Shown here: piece after piece, positions 40,558 through 51,466 of the stretch
Layout: each line of letters begins with the position of its first letter
Position numbering within the stretch: position 1 is the first letter of the stretch
Assembly: GCA_016191465.1 (NCBI GenBank)
Contig: JACPOP010000008.1
Span: forward strand, 303,571-367,570
DNA: 64,000 nt
DNA from: Chloroflexota bacterium
GTDB lineage: Bacteria; Chloroflexota; UBA6077; CF-72
Reading direction: 5' to 3'
Made by a program: the position numbers and the translations under genes
The notes under the pieces: generated by a model
Databases searched by the model: none
What the model was told of the DNA's origin: nothing
Seen by the model: the letters and a program-made list of their open reading frames with translations, nothing else

Positions 40558-41714
40558 TCAGCGAGGTCCGCCGCGACAGGCTCGCACCCGGACCCCAGGC
40601 CAGCCAGGTTGAGCAGGTCGTCGAAGAGGCCCTGCGAGTCCTGCGGTCCGGGGCACCCCTCCGGGTGGAACTGAACGGAGAATACCGGCAGCTCGCGGTG
40701 CCGCAAGCCCTCCACGGACCCGTCGTTCAGGTTCACGTGCGAAACTTCGAAGCCACTCTCGGCGGGCAGCGAGCCGCCGACGACCTGGAACTCGTGGTTC
40801 TGGGTGGTGATGGTCACCCGGCCCGAGCGTTCCTCGCGTACCGGGTGATTGCCGCCATGGTGGCCATAGTGCAGGCGGCTCGTCTGGCCGCCGGCGGCAA
40901 GGCCGATCAACTGGTGGCCGAGACAGATGCCGAGCGTCGGCGTGCCCGAGTACACCAGGTCACGCACCGCCTGCACGACATTCGGCAGCGACATCGGATC
41001 CCCGGGCCCGTTGGAGATGAGGATCGCGCGCGGGTTGCGGTCCAGGATCTGCTTCGCCGGAGTGTCCCACGAGAACACCTCGGGCTGAATGCCCCGTGCT
41101 TCGAGCGAGCGCAGGATGTTCCACTTGGCGCCCAGATCTAGCACAGCCACCGGCGCGTTCTGCGCCGCGCCCGGGAGGATTTTGCTGACGTCGTTAACCA
41201 GCTCGAGCTGCGAGACCGATGGCGCCGAGCGAGCCGCCTGGCGCAGCGCGTCGAGGTCCGCCGCCGTGAAACCGCCCGGTCGGCTGTGGCGAACAACGCC
41301 TCGCAGGGTGCCCGCCTCGCGGAGCCGCCGCACCAGCGCGCGGGTGTCGATGCCCTGCAAGCCGGGCACCCCCCAGCGCTGCAAGTAGCCGCCAAACGTA
41401 TCCTGCGCTTCCCAGTGGTTCGGGTGGCGCGCAACCTCGCGCACGATCATCGCCGTCACCCACGGGCGCACGGACTCTTCGCCACTGGCGGCCACGCCAT
41501 AGTTCCCAATCTGCGGGTGCGTCATCACCACCATCTGGCCGCGGTACGAAGGATCGCTCGCCACTTCCTGGTACCCGGTCATACCTGTGTTGAAAACCAC
41601 CTCGCCAGCAACGTCGGCGTCGGCGCCGAACGGCTCGCCGAGAAATAGCGATCCATCCTCGAGCGCGAGCGCCGCCTCGCGCTGAGGGTGGGGGGTCGGC
41701 GAGCCAGTGGTCAC
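40554..41714 (-). CDS. carA: Carbamoyl-phosphate synthase small subunit
   Basis: [33 protein letters not shown] and SVQFHPE. Start GTG 41714 or 41735. Confidence 0.97.
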   Translation of the reverse strand: MTTGSPTPHPQREAALALEDGSLFLGEPFGADADVAGEVVFNTGMTGYQEVASDPSYRGQMVVMTHPQIGNYGVAASGEESVRPWVTAMIVREVARHPNHWEAQDTFGGYLQRWGVPGLQGIDTRALVRRLREAGTLRGVVRHSRPGGFTAADLDALRQAARSAPSVSQLELVNDVSKILPGAAQNAPVAVLDLGAKWNILRSLEARGIQPEVFSWDTPAKQILDRNPRAILISNGPGDPMSLPNVVQAVRDLVYSGTPTLGICLGHQLIGLAAGGQTSRLHYGHHGGNHPVREERSGRVTITTQNHEFQVVGGSLPAESGFEVSHVNLNDGSVEGLRHRELPVFSVQFHPEGCPGPQDSQGLFDDLLNLAGLGSGCEPVAADLAE

Positions 41715-41724
41715 GATCCGGGGG

Positions 41725-43029
41725 TTATAGGCCATTTCGATACACCACGGTCCCGTTCACCACGGTCAGCAGCACGGCGCCGCGCAGCGTTTGACCCGCC
41801 AGCGGCGTGTTCTTCCCTTTCGAGAGGAACCGCCCCGGGTCCACCGTCCACGCCTGCGCGGGATCGAGCACCACCAGGTCGCCGGGTGCCCCCCGTGCCA
41901 GTGTTCCGTACGGCAGGCCCCAGACTCGGCTTGGCCGCACCGTCAACGCGGCGATCAGCGTGGCGAGATCCAACCGTCCCGCGTGGACCAGCCGCATGAG
42001 CAGCCCGAACGCCGTCTCGAGGCCAGAGATCCCCGGCGCCGCGTCGTCGAATTCACAGTTCTTGTCGATGATCCGGTGTGGAGCATGGTCCGTGGCAATG
42101 CAGTCGATGACCCCCTCGCGCAGCCCCTGCAGGAGCGCCTCGGCGTCTTCCAGGGTGCGAAGGGGCGGGCTCACCCGGGCGTTGGCGTCGTACAGCCGCC
42201 CCGACTCGCTCCCCGCCACCGCTGCATCCGTGAGGGTGAGGTGGTGCGGAGTAACCTCGGCGCTCACCGCCAGCCCCTGCTCGCGGGCGCGCCCCAGGAG
42301 ACCGATCGATCCGGCCGTGCTGAGGTGCGCCAGGTGCAGACGACCCCCTGTCAGGCGGGCGAGCGCGAGGTCGCGGGCCACGGCAACTTCCTCTGCTTCG
42401 TGCGGGACACCCCGCAATCCCAGCCGGGTGGCCGTGGGGCCCTCGTTCATGACCCCACCCCCGGCGATGTCCGGATCCTCGACGTGGTCAGCGATCGGCA
42501 AGCCCGTGAGCAGGGTGTACTCCAGCGCCCGCCGCATCAGCGCGCCGGTTTTGACCATCCGCCCGGAATCTGTGAAGGCCACCGCGCCAGCCTCGGCCAT
42601 GTCGGCCATCTCCGATAGCTCACGACCTTCACGGTGCTTGGTGACCGTGCCCACGGGCAGCACACGCACCACGGCATCGCGGCGGGCCATCCTCAGCAAG
42701 GCCTCCACGTCAGAGCCGGTATCGGTGGTGGGACTGGTGTCCGGCATGGCGCAGACCGTCGTGAACCCTCCGGCTGCCGCGGCACGCGTTCCCGAGCGGA
42801 GCGATTCCATGTCCTCGAAGCCAGGCTCTCGTAGATGCGTGTGAAGGTCCACGAAGCCAGGCGCCACGACGTAGCCGGACACATCCAGGACCGTCTCCCC
42901 ATCGGCGCTGCCGCTGCCACGGCTGAGCCCTTTGACCACGCCTTCATCCAACACAAGGTCCGTCACGTCGTCAAGGCCAGACGCGGGGTCGATCACTCGA
43001 CCGCCGGTGAGTCGGATACGCGCCATCAC
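41725..43029 (-). CDS. pyrC: Dihydroorotase
   Basis: [42 protein letters not shown] and ATDHAPH. Confidence 0.95.
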   Translation of the reverse strand: MMARIRLTGGRVIDPASGLDDVTDLVLDEGVVKGLSRGSGSADGETVLDVSGYVVAPGFVDLHTHLREPGFEDMESLRSGTRAAAAGGFTTVCAMPDTSPTTDTGSDVEALLRMARRDAVVRVLPVGTVTKHREGRELSEMADMAEAGAVAFTDSGRMVKTGALMRRALEYTLLTGLPIADHVEDPDIAGGGVMNEGPTATRLGLRGVPHEAEEVAVARDLALARLTGGRLHLAHLSTAGSIGLLGRAREQGLAVSAEVTPHHLTLTDAAVAGSESGRLYDANARVSPPLRTLEDAEALLQGLREGVIDCIATDHAPHRIIDKNCEFDDAAPGISGLETAFGLLMRLVHAGRLDLATLIAALTVRPSRVWGLPYGTLARGAPGDLVVLDPAQAWTVDPGRFLSKGKNTPLAGQTLRGAVLLTVVNGTVVYRNGL

Positions 43030-44057
43030 GCCCCCCGCGCCTGGTCGGCCGAAAGGCCGCTCAAGAGGTACAACAGGGCCATCCGCACCGCGACGCCGTT
43101 CGTCACCTGCTCCTCGATCACGGACTGGACACCGCGGGCCACCGCAGTGTCGATCTCGATGCCCTCGTTCATCGGACCCGGGTGCATCACCAGGGCGCCG
43201 GGCTTTGCCATGGCCAGCCGCTCTTCCGTTAACCCGTACTGGTGCACGTATTCACGCACGCTCGGCAGCAGCCCCGCGGCTTGACGCTCCGTCTGGAGGC
43301 GCAATGCCATGACCACGTCCGCACCTTCCAGCGCCCGATCCACGCGGTACTCCACAGTCGCCGGCCAGGGCAATCCATCACATCCGAAGCTGGCTGGTGG
43401 CAGCAAGGTCGGCGGTCCGCACAACACCACCTGGGCGCCCATGTGCGTGAAGCCCCACAGGTTCGACCGGGCTACGCGCGAGTGCAGCACGTCGCCGAGG
43501 AGAACCACCTTCAGGCCATCAAGGCGCCCCAGGTGCGAGCGCACCGTGAACAGGTCCAGGAGCGCCTGGCTGGGGTGCGCGTGCCAGCCGTCGCCAGCGT
43601 TGATGACCGAGGCATTGATCTCGGAGGCCACCAGGTACGGTGCCCCGGCGCTCTTGTGGCGCATCACCACCGTGTCGGCACCCAGGGCGCGCAGCGTCCG
43701 CACCGTATCCAGGAGCGACTCGCCCTTCTCGACCGAGGACCCGGAAGCGGAGATGTTGACGGTGTCCGCGCCGAGCGCCTTCGCGGCCATCTCGAACGAC
43801 ACCCGGGTACGTGTGCTGGCTTCGTAGAACAGCGTCACCACCGTGCGCCCGCGCAGTGTGGGCACCTTCTTGATGGGCCGCGCGAGGATTCCGCGCATCG
43901 CCTCCGCGGTAGACAGGACCTCCTCGATCTCCGCGGGTGCGTAATCATCGAGGTCCAGCACGTGGCGGCGGCGGCGGCCCGGTCCGCCGCCCGCCGCCGC
44001 GCTCACGGCCGCGCTGGGCGCCACGTCGGTATACGGCGCGGGGCGCTGTTCAATCAC
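43026..44057 (-). CDS. pyrB: Aspartate carbamoyltransferase catalytic subunit
   Basis: [45 protein letters not shown] and [12 protein letters not shown]. Confidence 0.97.
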   Translation of the reverse strand: MIEQRPAPYTDVAPSAAVSAAAGGGPGRRRRHVLDLDDYAPAEIEEVLSTAEAMRGILARPIKKVPTLRGRTVVTLFYEASTRTRVSFEMAAKALGADTVNISASGSSVEKGESLLDTVRTLRALGADTVVMRHKSAGAPYLVASEINASVINAGDGWHAHPSQALLDLFTVRSHLGRLDGLKVVLLGDVLHSRVARSNLWGFTHMGAQVVLCGPPTLLPPASFGCDGLPWPATVEYRVDRALEGADVVMALRLQTERQAAGLLPSVREYVHQYGLTEERLAMAKPGALVMHPGPMNEGIEIDTAVARGVQSVIEEQVTNGVAVRMALLYLLSGLSADQARGA

Positions 44058-44619
44058 GCCCGGCCTCCGCTCGAGCACCGGCCCCCGCAGGGCTCAGCAG
44101 CACCACTTCGTCGACACCGTCGGTCTCCAGCAGTCGCACTTTCACGGTGTCCTCGGGCGCCGTGGGCAGGTTCTTACCCACGTAGTCGGGACGGATCGGC
44201 AGCTCGCGGTGGCCGCGGTCGACCAGGCACACGAGCTGGATGCCGCGGGGCCTGCCAAGGTCGATCAGCGCATCGAGCGCCGCTCGGACCGTCCGGCCGG
44301 TGTACAGCACGTCGTCGACCAGGATCACGCGCCGGCCTGAGATATCGACAGGGATCTGGGTTGACTGGAGCGCGCGGAGGGCTGTGCTCTGCAAGTCGTC
44401 CCGGTACAGCGTGACGTCCAGCTCGCCAAACGGGACCGGAAGGCCCTCACATTCCAGGATCGTCCGCTGGAGCCGGTGCGCGAGTGGCACCCCGCGCGTA
44501 CGTAGTCCCACCAGGACGAGATCCTCTACGCCGCGATTGCGTTCGACAATCTCGTGCGCGATGCGGGTGATGGCGCGCCGCACGTCGTCGGCGCCCAGCA
44601 ATTTTTGGGCAGGCTGCAT
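44050..44619 (-). CDS. pyrR: Pyrimidine attenuation regulator / UPRTase PyrR
   Basis: [47 protein letters not shown]. Confidence 0.97.
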   Translation of the reverse strand: MQPAQKLLGADDVRRAITRIAHEIVERNRGVEDLVLVGLRTRGVPLAHRLQRTILECEGLPVPFGELDVTLYRDDLQSTALRALQSTQIPVDISGRRVILVDDVLYTGRTVRAALDALIDLGRPRGIQLVCLVDRGHRELPIRPDYVGKNLPTAPEDTVKVRLLETDGVDEVVLLSPAGAGARAEAGRD

Positions 44620-44621
44620 GC

Positions 44622-44664
44622 CCCACTCCTTCTCGACCTCACAGGGCCGCCCTTAAAGGGGTGC
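44622..44664 (-). promoter_or_regulatory. PyrR-binding RNA hairpin overlapping the pyrR Shine-Dalgarno
   Basis: Minus strand reads CACCCCUUUAAGGGCGGCCCUGUGAGGUCGAGAAGGAGUGGGGC-AUG. It has CUUUAA and a CCNGNGAGGY loop; CCUU pairs with AAGG of the SD. Confidence 0.8.
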
Positions 44665-44855
44665 TGATACTCGGCGCTACTGGTTTCGCATCGCGCCGGC
44701 GCTGTAAAGGCTACCCCATGGCTCGGTGGTGTTCGGGCCGCGCCGGCCGGAGAGCGCGGAAACGGGCCGGATCCTGAAGCCATTATTGACGCAATTTGTG
44801 CATCGTGCACTACGATGGGGAGGGACACTGCGCGATACGGTTGATCTCTGAGACT

Positions 44856-46499
44856 ATGCCATTAGTCAGTGTGTCTGATATCGTACGGTTCGCGCTGCCG
44901 TCAGGATCGACCGTGCTGGCCGGTGCGGGTGGGCTCCACCAGTCGGTTACGTGGGCGCGGCTCCTTCGGTCCCGGCCGGCGACCCTCGGCACGATTGAGC
45001 CGGGCGAGCTCTGGATCCTTTCCCCCGGCGCGCTCCAGCAGGCGGGCGACGCTCGCTCTCAGGCTCGGCTTATCCGCGACGTGAGCGCCGCCGGCGTGGC
45101 CGCCTTCGTCATCGCCGAACGTCTGACGCCAGAGGCCCTGGATGAAGCGAATTCGGTGGGCGTGCCCGTCGTCTTGCTTCCACCGGACGCAGTGCTCGCA
45201 GATGTCGAGAAGGGTGTTGTCGAGTTCGTCGTCGACCGTGATCGTGCCATCGGCCAGCGTGTCCAACACATCTACGACCGTCTCCTCTCGACGCTCGTCG
45301 AAGACAGCGGGGCCGAGCTGCTGGCGGACATCGTCCACGAGGTCACCGGCAAGGCCGTCTACCTGCTGGACCAGCACTTCCAGGCAAGTGTCCAGTCGGG
45401 GGGCACGGCGACAGAAGCCCGCCTCCTCGGCCTCCTCCGACGCCGGTTCTGGGAAACCGGCCTCTCGGGGCAGATCGAGCGCCTCATCACCCTGCGCCCG
45501 ACAGAGGGCGACCCGTTCGCGGCGCTCGTGCGACCGCTCACCTTACGCGGCTCGGTGGAGGGGTATCTGGTCCTGCTGGGCCCGCGCGATGACTTCGGAG
45601 ATTTCGATTACCAGGTGGCCGGCCGAACGACGTCGGTCCTGGCGATCGAGCTCGCCAAGCAGTCCGCGCTGGTTGAGGCGCGGCTGCGGGTCCAGGGCGA
45701 CTTCCTCGAAGAGTTGCTGGATAGTCCCACGCCCCGACTGGAGCAGCTCTCCACGCGTGCGGCAGGGCTGGGGTACGACCTCACCGCGCCGCACCTCGTC
45801 TTCGTGCTCCGGCCGCGGATCGACGAGGGCAGCCAGGGAGCTCGGCAGTACGCCCGGTTCGTGGACCTCGCTCGCCGTCGGCTCGTGCTGGCAAACGTTT
45901 CCTCACTGCTCCGAGAGCGCGACGGCTCCGTCCAGGTTCTTGCGCCGTGTCCCCCTGGCCTGTCACCCACCGCCACCGACGAGGTGGTCGCCTGGGTGGA
46001 AAACGTCCGGGCGGGCCTGGTGGAGACCCTGCAGCCGGATCCACTGCCGATCGCCGCGGGCGTGGGCAGGTCGGCCGACGGGCGCGGCGTGACGTTCTAC
46101 GCCGCTCTGCGTGAGGCGATCCAGGCCGCCGAGATCGCATCCAGCATGGAGGCTGACTCGGGCACCCTCCACTTCGGCAACCTCGGAGCGCTTCGGCTGA
46201 TCTTCCACCTGGCCAATAATCCGGAGCTCCGCTCCTTCCAGCGCGACATGCTGGGGCCGCTCGAGGAGTACGACCGGCTGCATCGCGGCGAGTTCGTGCA
46301 GACCCTGGAGGCCTTTTTCCGTGCAGGCGGGAACCACGTTCAAGCCGCCCGCGAGATCCACGTTCACCGCAACACGCTGATCTATCGCCTGGACCGCATC
46401 CGAGACCTGCTGGGCGGCGCCGACCTGGAAAATGCGGATATCCGCTTGAACCTGCAGCTGGCCCTGAAGATTCGCTCCTCGTTTGGCGTGGCAGCGTGA
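44856..46499 (+). CDS. PucR/CdaR-family transcriptional regulator
   Basis: PucR-like N-terminus (VLAGAGGLHQSVTW), GDFLEELL, GVGR..., and a C-terminal HTH (TLEAFFRAGGNHVQAAREIHVHRNTLIYRLDRI). Start moved to ATG 44856. Confidence 0.9.
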   Translation: MPLVSVSDIVRFALPSGSTVLAGAGGLHQSVTWARLLRSRPATLGTIEPGELWILSPGALQQAGDARSQARLIRDVSAAGVAAFVIAERLTPEALDEANSVGVPVVLLPPDAVLADVEKGVVEFVVDRDRAIGQRVQHIYDRLLSTLVEDSGAELLADIVHEVTGKAVYLLDQHFQASVQSGGTATEARLLGLLRRRFWETGLSGQIERLITLRPTEGDPFAALVRPLTLRGSVEGYLVLLGPRDDFGDFDYQVAGRTTSVLAIELAKQSALVEARLRVQGDFLEELLDSPTPRLEQLSTRAAGLGYDLTAPHLVFVLRPRIDEGSQGARQYARFVDLARRRLVLANVSSLLRERDGSVQVLAPCPPGLSPTATDEVVAWVENVRAGLVETLQPDPLPIAAGVGRSADGRGVTFYAALREAIQAAEIASSMEADSGTLHFGNLGALRLIFHLANNPELRSFQRDMLGPLEEYDRLHRGEFVQTLEAFFRAGGNHVQAAREIHVHRNTLIYRLDRIRDLLGGADLENADIRLNLQLALKIRSSFGVAA

Positions 46500-46646
46500 G
46501 CGGCGGCACGCCGGTCCCATGCAGCCGTCCCAACGGCCCAGCGCGACTGGTCCGGGCGCCGACGCTGAGACGAATAGGGCGACGCACGTGCTGTCCCGCA
46601 TACCGTTCGTAGACTCCCGCGAAGTACGAAGGAGCATTCACTCACG

Positions 46647-48035
46647 ATGGCCGAACAAGTCGACCGCACTGAACTGAGAGCGCGCGTGTGGCAAGAAGCG
46701 GAAGCAGCGAACGTGCGCTTCGTGAGCTTGCAGTTCACCGACATCATGGGCATCGTCAAGAACATCCACATCCCATTCCACAAGTTCGCGGACGCGGTGG
46801 AAGGAGGCCTGTGGTTCGACGGCTCCAGCGTGGATGGCTTTGCCCGCATTCATGAGAGCGACATGTACCTTGACCCCGACCTGGAGACGTTTGGCCTGAT
46901 TCCCTGGGAACGCGGCGAGAACGCCACCGCGAAAGTCATCTGCGACGTCTATACGCCTTCCGGCGAGCCGTTCGCGGGCGACCCCCGAGGAGTGCTGCGG
47001 CGCATGGAGGCGCGGGCCGAGGCGCTGGGCTATCGTTACATGACGGGGCCGGAGCTCGAGTTCTTCATGCTCCGGCGCACCGCCTCGGGCACAACAGTGC
47101 AGGGTGCCGGAAGTGCCCCAGTCGTCGAGACCCTCCCGCACGACCAGGCGGGGTACTTCGACCTGACGACGGACGAAGCCGCGGACGTGCGCAAGGAGAT
47201 GGTCACAGCACTCGAGGATCTCGGCATCGTGGTCGAGGCGAGCCACCATGAGGTGGCCAGCGGCCAGCACGAGATCGACTTCAAGTACGGGCCCGCGCTC
47301 CAGACCGCCGATAGCGCGGTCACGTTTCGCACCACGCTCAAGGCCATCGCGCAGCGCCACGGGCTGTACGCCACCTTCATGCCCAAGCCGTTCTATGGGA
47401 TCAACGGCAGTGGCATGCACACGCACCAGAGCCTGTGGAGCCTGGATGGCAGGACGAATCTCTTCTACGACGCCGAGGACGAGTACCAGCTCTCCGAAGT
47501 GGCAAAGGCGTTCATGGCCGGAATTCTGGCCCACGCCCGGGGCATGATCGCGATCCTCGCGCCGCTGGTGAACTCGTACAAGCGCCTCATCCCCGGCTAC
47601 GAGGCGCCGGTGTACATCTCGTGGGCGCGGATCAACCGCTCAGCGCTGATCCGCATCCCGCAGGCGAGCCGCGGCAAGCCGGAATCCACGCGCATGGAGC
47701 TACGGTGTCCCGACCCGAGCTGCAACCCGTACCTCGCCTTCGCCGCCATGCTGGCAGCGGGCCTCGACGGCATCGAGCGCGGCCTCGAGCTGCCAAAGCC
47801 GGTGGAAGAAAACCTGTACCACTTCGACGACAAGATGATCCAGAAGCAGGGCGTCAAGATGCTGCCCGGATCACTCGACGAAGCGCTCACCGAGTTTGCC
47901 AGGGACGAGGTGATCCAGGAAGCGCTGGGCGCGCACGTGTGCGAGTGGTTCCTCGAAGCGAAGCGGGCGGAGTGGGCCGAGTACCGCACCCGCGTCTCGC
48001 AGTGGGAGCTAGACCGTTACCTGATGACGTATTAG
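46647..48035 (+). CDS. glnA: Glutamine synthetase type I
   Basis: FDGSS, GPELEFF, HHEVASGQHEIDF, TFMPKP..GINGSGMHTHQS, NSYKRLIPGYEAP, NRSALIRIP, ELRCPDPSCNPY; SD AAGGAG upstream. Confidence 0.97.
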   Translation: MAEQVDRTELRARVWQEAEAANVRFVSLQFTDIMGIVKNIHIPFHKFADAVEGGLWFDGSSVDGFARIHESDMYLDPDLETFGLIPWERGENATAKVICDVYTPSGEPFAGDPRGVLRRMEARAEALGYRYMTGPELEFFMLRRTASGTTVQGAGSAPVVETLPHDQAGYFDLTTDEAADVRKEMVTALEDLGIVVEASHHEVASGQHEIDFKYGPALQTADSAVTFRTTLKAIAQRHGLYATFMPKPFYGINGSGMHTHQSLWSLDGRTNLFYDAEDEYQLSEVAKAFMAGILAHARGMIAILAPLVNSYKRLIPGYEAPVYISWARINRSALIRIPQASRGKPESTRMELRCPDPSCNPYLAFAAMLAAGLDGIERGLELPKPVEENLYHFDDKMIQKQGVKMLPGSLDEALTEFARDEVIQEALGAHVCEWFLEAKRAEWAEYRTRVSQWELDRYLMTY

Positions 48036-48073
48036 TAGTCCGCCACCGCAGGACCGCGGGGTTGCAACGACAC

Positions 48074-48100
48074 GGATGCGTCGCTCCGCTCGGCATGACA
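48074..48100. repeat. REP-like element, TGACA family, half copy D
   Basis: ggatgcgtcgctccgctcggcatgaca, between convergent glnA and the flippase gene. Confidence 0.6.
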
Positions 48101-48211
48101 ATGGGGCACAGCCCGCGTGGTGAACCACGCTCGGTTCCACGGCTTCATTCTGCAGCTGCGCAGGCGGGCCCTTCCCGGGCGCCGCGGCGCCCGCCCCCAG
48201 TGGGTGAGCGG

Positions 48212-49633
48212 CTACGCCCCCTGGCGGGCGACGAGGCGGCGCAGCAGGCCGCGTTCTTCCAGGTCGATTCCGCCGAAGGCCCACAGCGCCACGGCGTAGA
48301 CAGCCGCACCCGCCGCGGCGGCCGGCAGCGGCCCCAGCGCGTCGCGCAGCCACCACACGACCGGTGCCATGAGCAGCACCGCTATTGCTGGCCGGGCGCC
48401 TTCGCGGAGCGGCGACACGCCGGGCAGGTGGTGCGCGAGCAGCACCCCAAACGGCACCGCGAGCACCGCCTCGGACGCGACCGTGGTCAGTGCGGCGCCC
48501 ACGTAGCCCAGGCGCGGGATCAAGAGCCAGTTCGCTCCCAGGTTGAACACCAGCGCGCCGAGAAACACCGGCGTCAGGCTGCGCTGGCGGCCGAGGGCGA
48601 TCAGGACATACTGGGTCAGGCCGTTTGCAAACGAAATGGGCATGAACCACACCAGCGCCGCCAGCGCAATGGCCCCGTCAGGTAGGAACTGGCGATCACC
48701 CAGGAGCTCCACAATGGGCGACGCCAGCAACGCCAGCAGCGTCGCGAGAGGCAGCGCCACCTGCAGGAGCAGACGCAGACCGAGCCGATAGGCCTCCGCG
48801 AGGTGCCCTGCTCCAGACTCCGCCCGCTGGCTCAGCCGCGGGAAAATAGCCAGGGTGAACGAGGATGGGATGACGAGCGTGCCTTCGATCACCTTGTACG
48901 CCGCCGCGTACGCCCCTGCCTGCGCCGCCCCGGCAAGCCCCGGTAACAGCAGGCTGTCGATCTTGAAGAACAGTCCGGCCAGGAGCTGGTTGACGAACAG
49001 CGGCCAGGACTCCCGGGCGGCGCCCCACATCGAGAGCGCGCGGCCCATAGCCGAGCTCGACGGGCCGGGGACGGGGACCACGCGCCACGCGGTGACGACA
49101 AGCAGGAGCGCGCCCACGGTCCCCGCGAGCAGTGAGGTGAGCGCCAGCCCTACCAGGCCGAGCCCGCCCAGCAGCAGCAGGGAACCAAGCGCGACCTTAA
49201 CCGCGGTGGTTGCGACGGCCACGCCGGCCGCCACGTCCAGCCGCTCACGCGACCACAGCACGCCCGTGGCCGTGCTGGCCACGATCGACGGCGCCAGCGC
49301 CAGCCAGAACAGCCAGCCCGCAAGCGGCGCATCAGGGGGGAGGCCCGCCGCGGCGCGCAGCGGCCCCAGCACCACCGCGAGCGGCACCGCGGCGAGGAGC
49401 CACAGCAGCACCCGCAGGCGCAGCACCGCCACGACTAACCCGCGCGTCTTTTCCGGAGCGCGCGCTGCCTCGCGCGCCAGCAGCGTGTTCAGACCAAAGT
49501 TGACCAGCGTATCCAGGTACGTGGTGAGCACTACCAGGAACTGGTACGCACCAACACCTTCCGGCTTAAGGAGGCGAAGGTAGACCAGGGCGAAGGCGAG
49601 GTCTATGGCCCTGGCGCCGATGCTCGCGAGCAT
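48212..49633 (-). CDS. Oligosaccharide flippase (Wzx/MOP superfamily)
   Basis: Many TM helices, LVNFGLNTLLAREAA, KIDSLLL, GAYAAAYK, AIFPRLS and NWLLIPRLGYVGAALTT. Start approximate. Confidence 0.85.
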   Translation of the reverse strand: MLASIGARAIDLAFALVYLRLLKPEGVGAYQFLVVLTTYLDTLVNFGLNTLLAREAARAPEKTRGLVVAVLRLRVLLWLLAAVPLAVVLGPLRAAAGLPPDAPLAGWLFWLALAPSIVASTATGVLWSRERLDVAAGVAVATTAVKVALGSLLLLGGLGLVGLALTSLLAGTVGALLLVVTAWRVVPVPGPSSSAMGRALSMWGAARESWPLFVNQLLAGLFFKIDSLLLPGLAGAAQAGAYAAAYKVIEGTLVIPSSFTLAIFPRLSQRAESGAGHLAEAYRLGLRLLLQVALPLATLLALLASPIVELLGDRQFLPDGAIALAALVWFMPISFANGLTQYVLIALGRQRSLTPVFLGALVFNLGANWLLIPRLGYVGAALTTVASEAVLAVPFGVLLAHHLPGVSPLREGARPAIAVLLMAPVVWWLRDALGPLPAAAAGAAVYAVALWAFGGIDLEERGLLRRLVARQGA

Positions 49634-49680
49634 CGGCGCCAGGGCGGTCCAGGCGCCCCCGCGGGCGGACGACTGGCTCG

Positions 49681-51201
49681 TCAGGCGTCCTTCCAGGCCC
49701 GGGCGAAGTGCCACAGCAACCGCACGCCGACGCCCGTGGCACCCGGCCGCGGGTTGTACGGCGCCACCCACTTCTGCTCGCCATCGGCATACGCGGTCCC
49801 GGCGATGTCCAGGTGCGCCCAGGGCGTGCCGTCGACGAACTCCTTCAGGAACAGTGCTGCGGTAATCGCGCCCGCCCGTCGGCCGCCGGTGTTGCGCACA
49901 TCGGCCATGCTGGTCTTGATCTGCTCGCCATACACGGGCCACAGTGGCATCTGCCAGCAGCGGTCGCCGGAGACCTCGCCCGCTTGCAGCAGCAGATCGG
50001 CCAGCCGCTGATCGTTGGAGAACAGCCCCGTGGCATGGTCCCCCAGCGCGACCTGGCAGGCGCCGGTCAACGTTGCGAGGTCGATAATGGCATCCGGCTT
50101 CTGCTCGGCAGTCCAGGCCAGCGCATCGGAGAGGATGACCCGGCCCTCGGCATCGGTATTGACGATCTCCATCGTCTTGCCGTTGTAGGCGCGGTACACG
50201 TCGCCCGGCTTGTACGAGGAGCCGGAGGGTAGGTTTTCGGTTGCCGCGAAAACGCCCAGGACGTTGACAGGCAGCTTTGTGCGCGCCGCCAGGTCCACGA
50301 AGCCGATGACGGTAGCGGCGCCAGTCATGTCGTGGCGCATGAACTCCATGTGCTCGGCAGGCTTGATAGAGATGCCGCCGGAGTCGAAGGTGATGCCCTT
50401 GCCAACCACGGCGAGCGTCCTGGTGGCGCCGGGCGCGGTGTACCGCATCGATACCAGCACCGGGGGCAGCACCGAGCCAGCGTTCACCGCAAGGATGGCG
50501 TGCATGCCCTTTGCGGCCAGCTCATCCTTGCCGAAGACCGTGATCTCGATCCCGTGGCGATCCGCCACCTCGCGCGCCCGCTCGGCCAGCACTGCTGGCG
50601 TCACCACGTTCCCGGGAGCAACCGAGAGGTCACGGACCCGGTTGATGACCTCGGCAGTCTCACGCGCGGTCGCTGCCACCGCCTCGAAGCCGCGCGCCCG
50701 GTCAGCGTCCGCTTCCACCACCACCAGTCGCTCGGGCGGCCGCGTCTTTGGCGGCTCCTGGCGTTGGGCCTCGTACGTGTATAGGGCCATGAGTGTGGCT
50801 TCCACCGTCACCCGGCACACCTCAAGCGGATCCAGCGCGCCGTCGTCAGCGCCGTGGACCACGGTCGCCAGGGCATTCAGGCGAAGGTCGCGGGCCCTGC
50901 GCGCGGCGCTTGCCGCGGCGATTCGGACGTTCTCCGGGGCAAGCTCGTCGCGCTTGCCCAGTCCTACCACCGCCACGCGGCGCGCGCGCACCGCGCTGCC
51001 TCCCGCGACGTGGAGCACCGTCACCTCGCCCAGGCTCCCGCTGATCTCGTTGTCGGCGATCAGACGCGCAATCTCGCCGCCCAGCAGGTCGTCAACCATG
51101 CGGGTGGCTCCGCTGGGCTCCGCCTGTTCCTCGAAGATGGGCAGGACGAGAAACGGCGTTTCAATATCGGCCGCCGAACCGTGTACGACTACTACGTCCA
51201 C
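49681..51201 (-). CDS. pepA: Leucyl aminopeptidase (M17)
   Basis: VGKGITFDSGG, DMTGAA, NTDAEGRVILSDAL, ATLTGAC and HLDIAGTA. Confidence 0.95.
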   Translation of the reverse strand: MDVVVVHGSAADIETPFLVLPIFEEQAEPSGATRMVDDLLGGEIARLIADNEISGSLGEVTVLHVAGGSAVRARRVAVVGLGKRDELAPENVRIAAASAARRARDLRLNALATVVHGADDGALDPLEVCRVTVEATLMALYTYEAQRQEPPKTRPPERLVVVEADADRARGFEAVAATARETAEVINRVRDLSVAPGNVVTPAVLAERAREVADRHGIEITVFGKDELAAKGMHAILAVNAGSVLPPVLVSMRYTAPGATRTLAVVGKGITFDSGGISIKPAEHMEFMRHDMTGAATVIGFVDLAARTKLPVNVLGVFAATENLPSGSSYKPGDVYRAYNGKTMEIVNTDAEGRVILSDALAWTAEQKPDAIIDLATLTGACQVALGDHATGLFSNDQRLADLLLQAGEVSGDRCWQMPLWPVYGEQIKTSMADVRNTGGRRAGAITAALFLKEFVDGTPWAHLDIAGTAYADGEQKWVAPYNPRPGATGVGVRLLWHFARAWKDA

Positions 51202-51466
51202 CGTGATGGGTCTGCCTCCGCGGAAGTCCGGGCCGGAGCGTGGGTACCGGCCCGTCTGAACACTGCGTATGAAGCACTGAGCCTAACACGCTACCCGGGC
51301 AGTTCGGACGCAATGCGCCACCGCAACACGGCTGCCGATACGCACGGCAATGCGCCAGCAGCCGAGGGCAGTCGAGCCGCTCCCGTGTGCTCAGCAGGGC
51401 GCCGGTCGCCACGAGGATCCACCTGTACCTCCGAGGCTCGATAACGGGCGATCGGCGTGCGCCCCG

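Noticed and set aside
7271-48035. Apparent clustering of glutamine-related enzymes (GlmS, GatD, CarA, GlnA)
   Set aside because: They are spread over 40 kb in separate transcription units; only the carAB-pucR-glnA proximity is reported.
51310-51357. Mini CRISPR array
   Set aside because: Only two 11-bp repeats and no cas genes.
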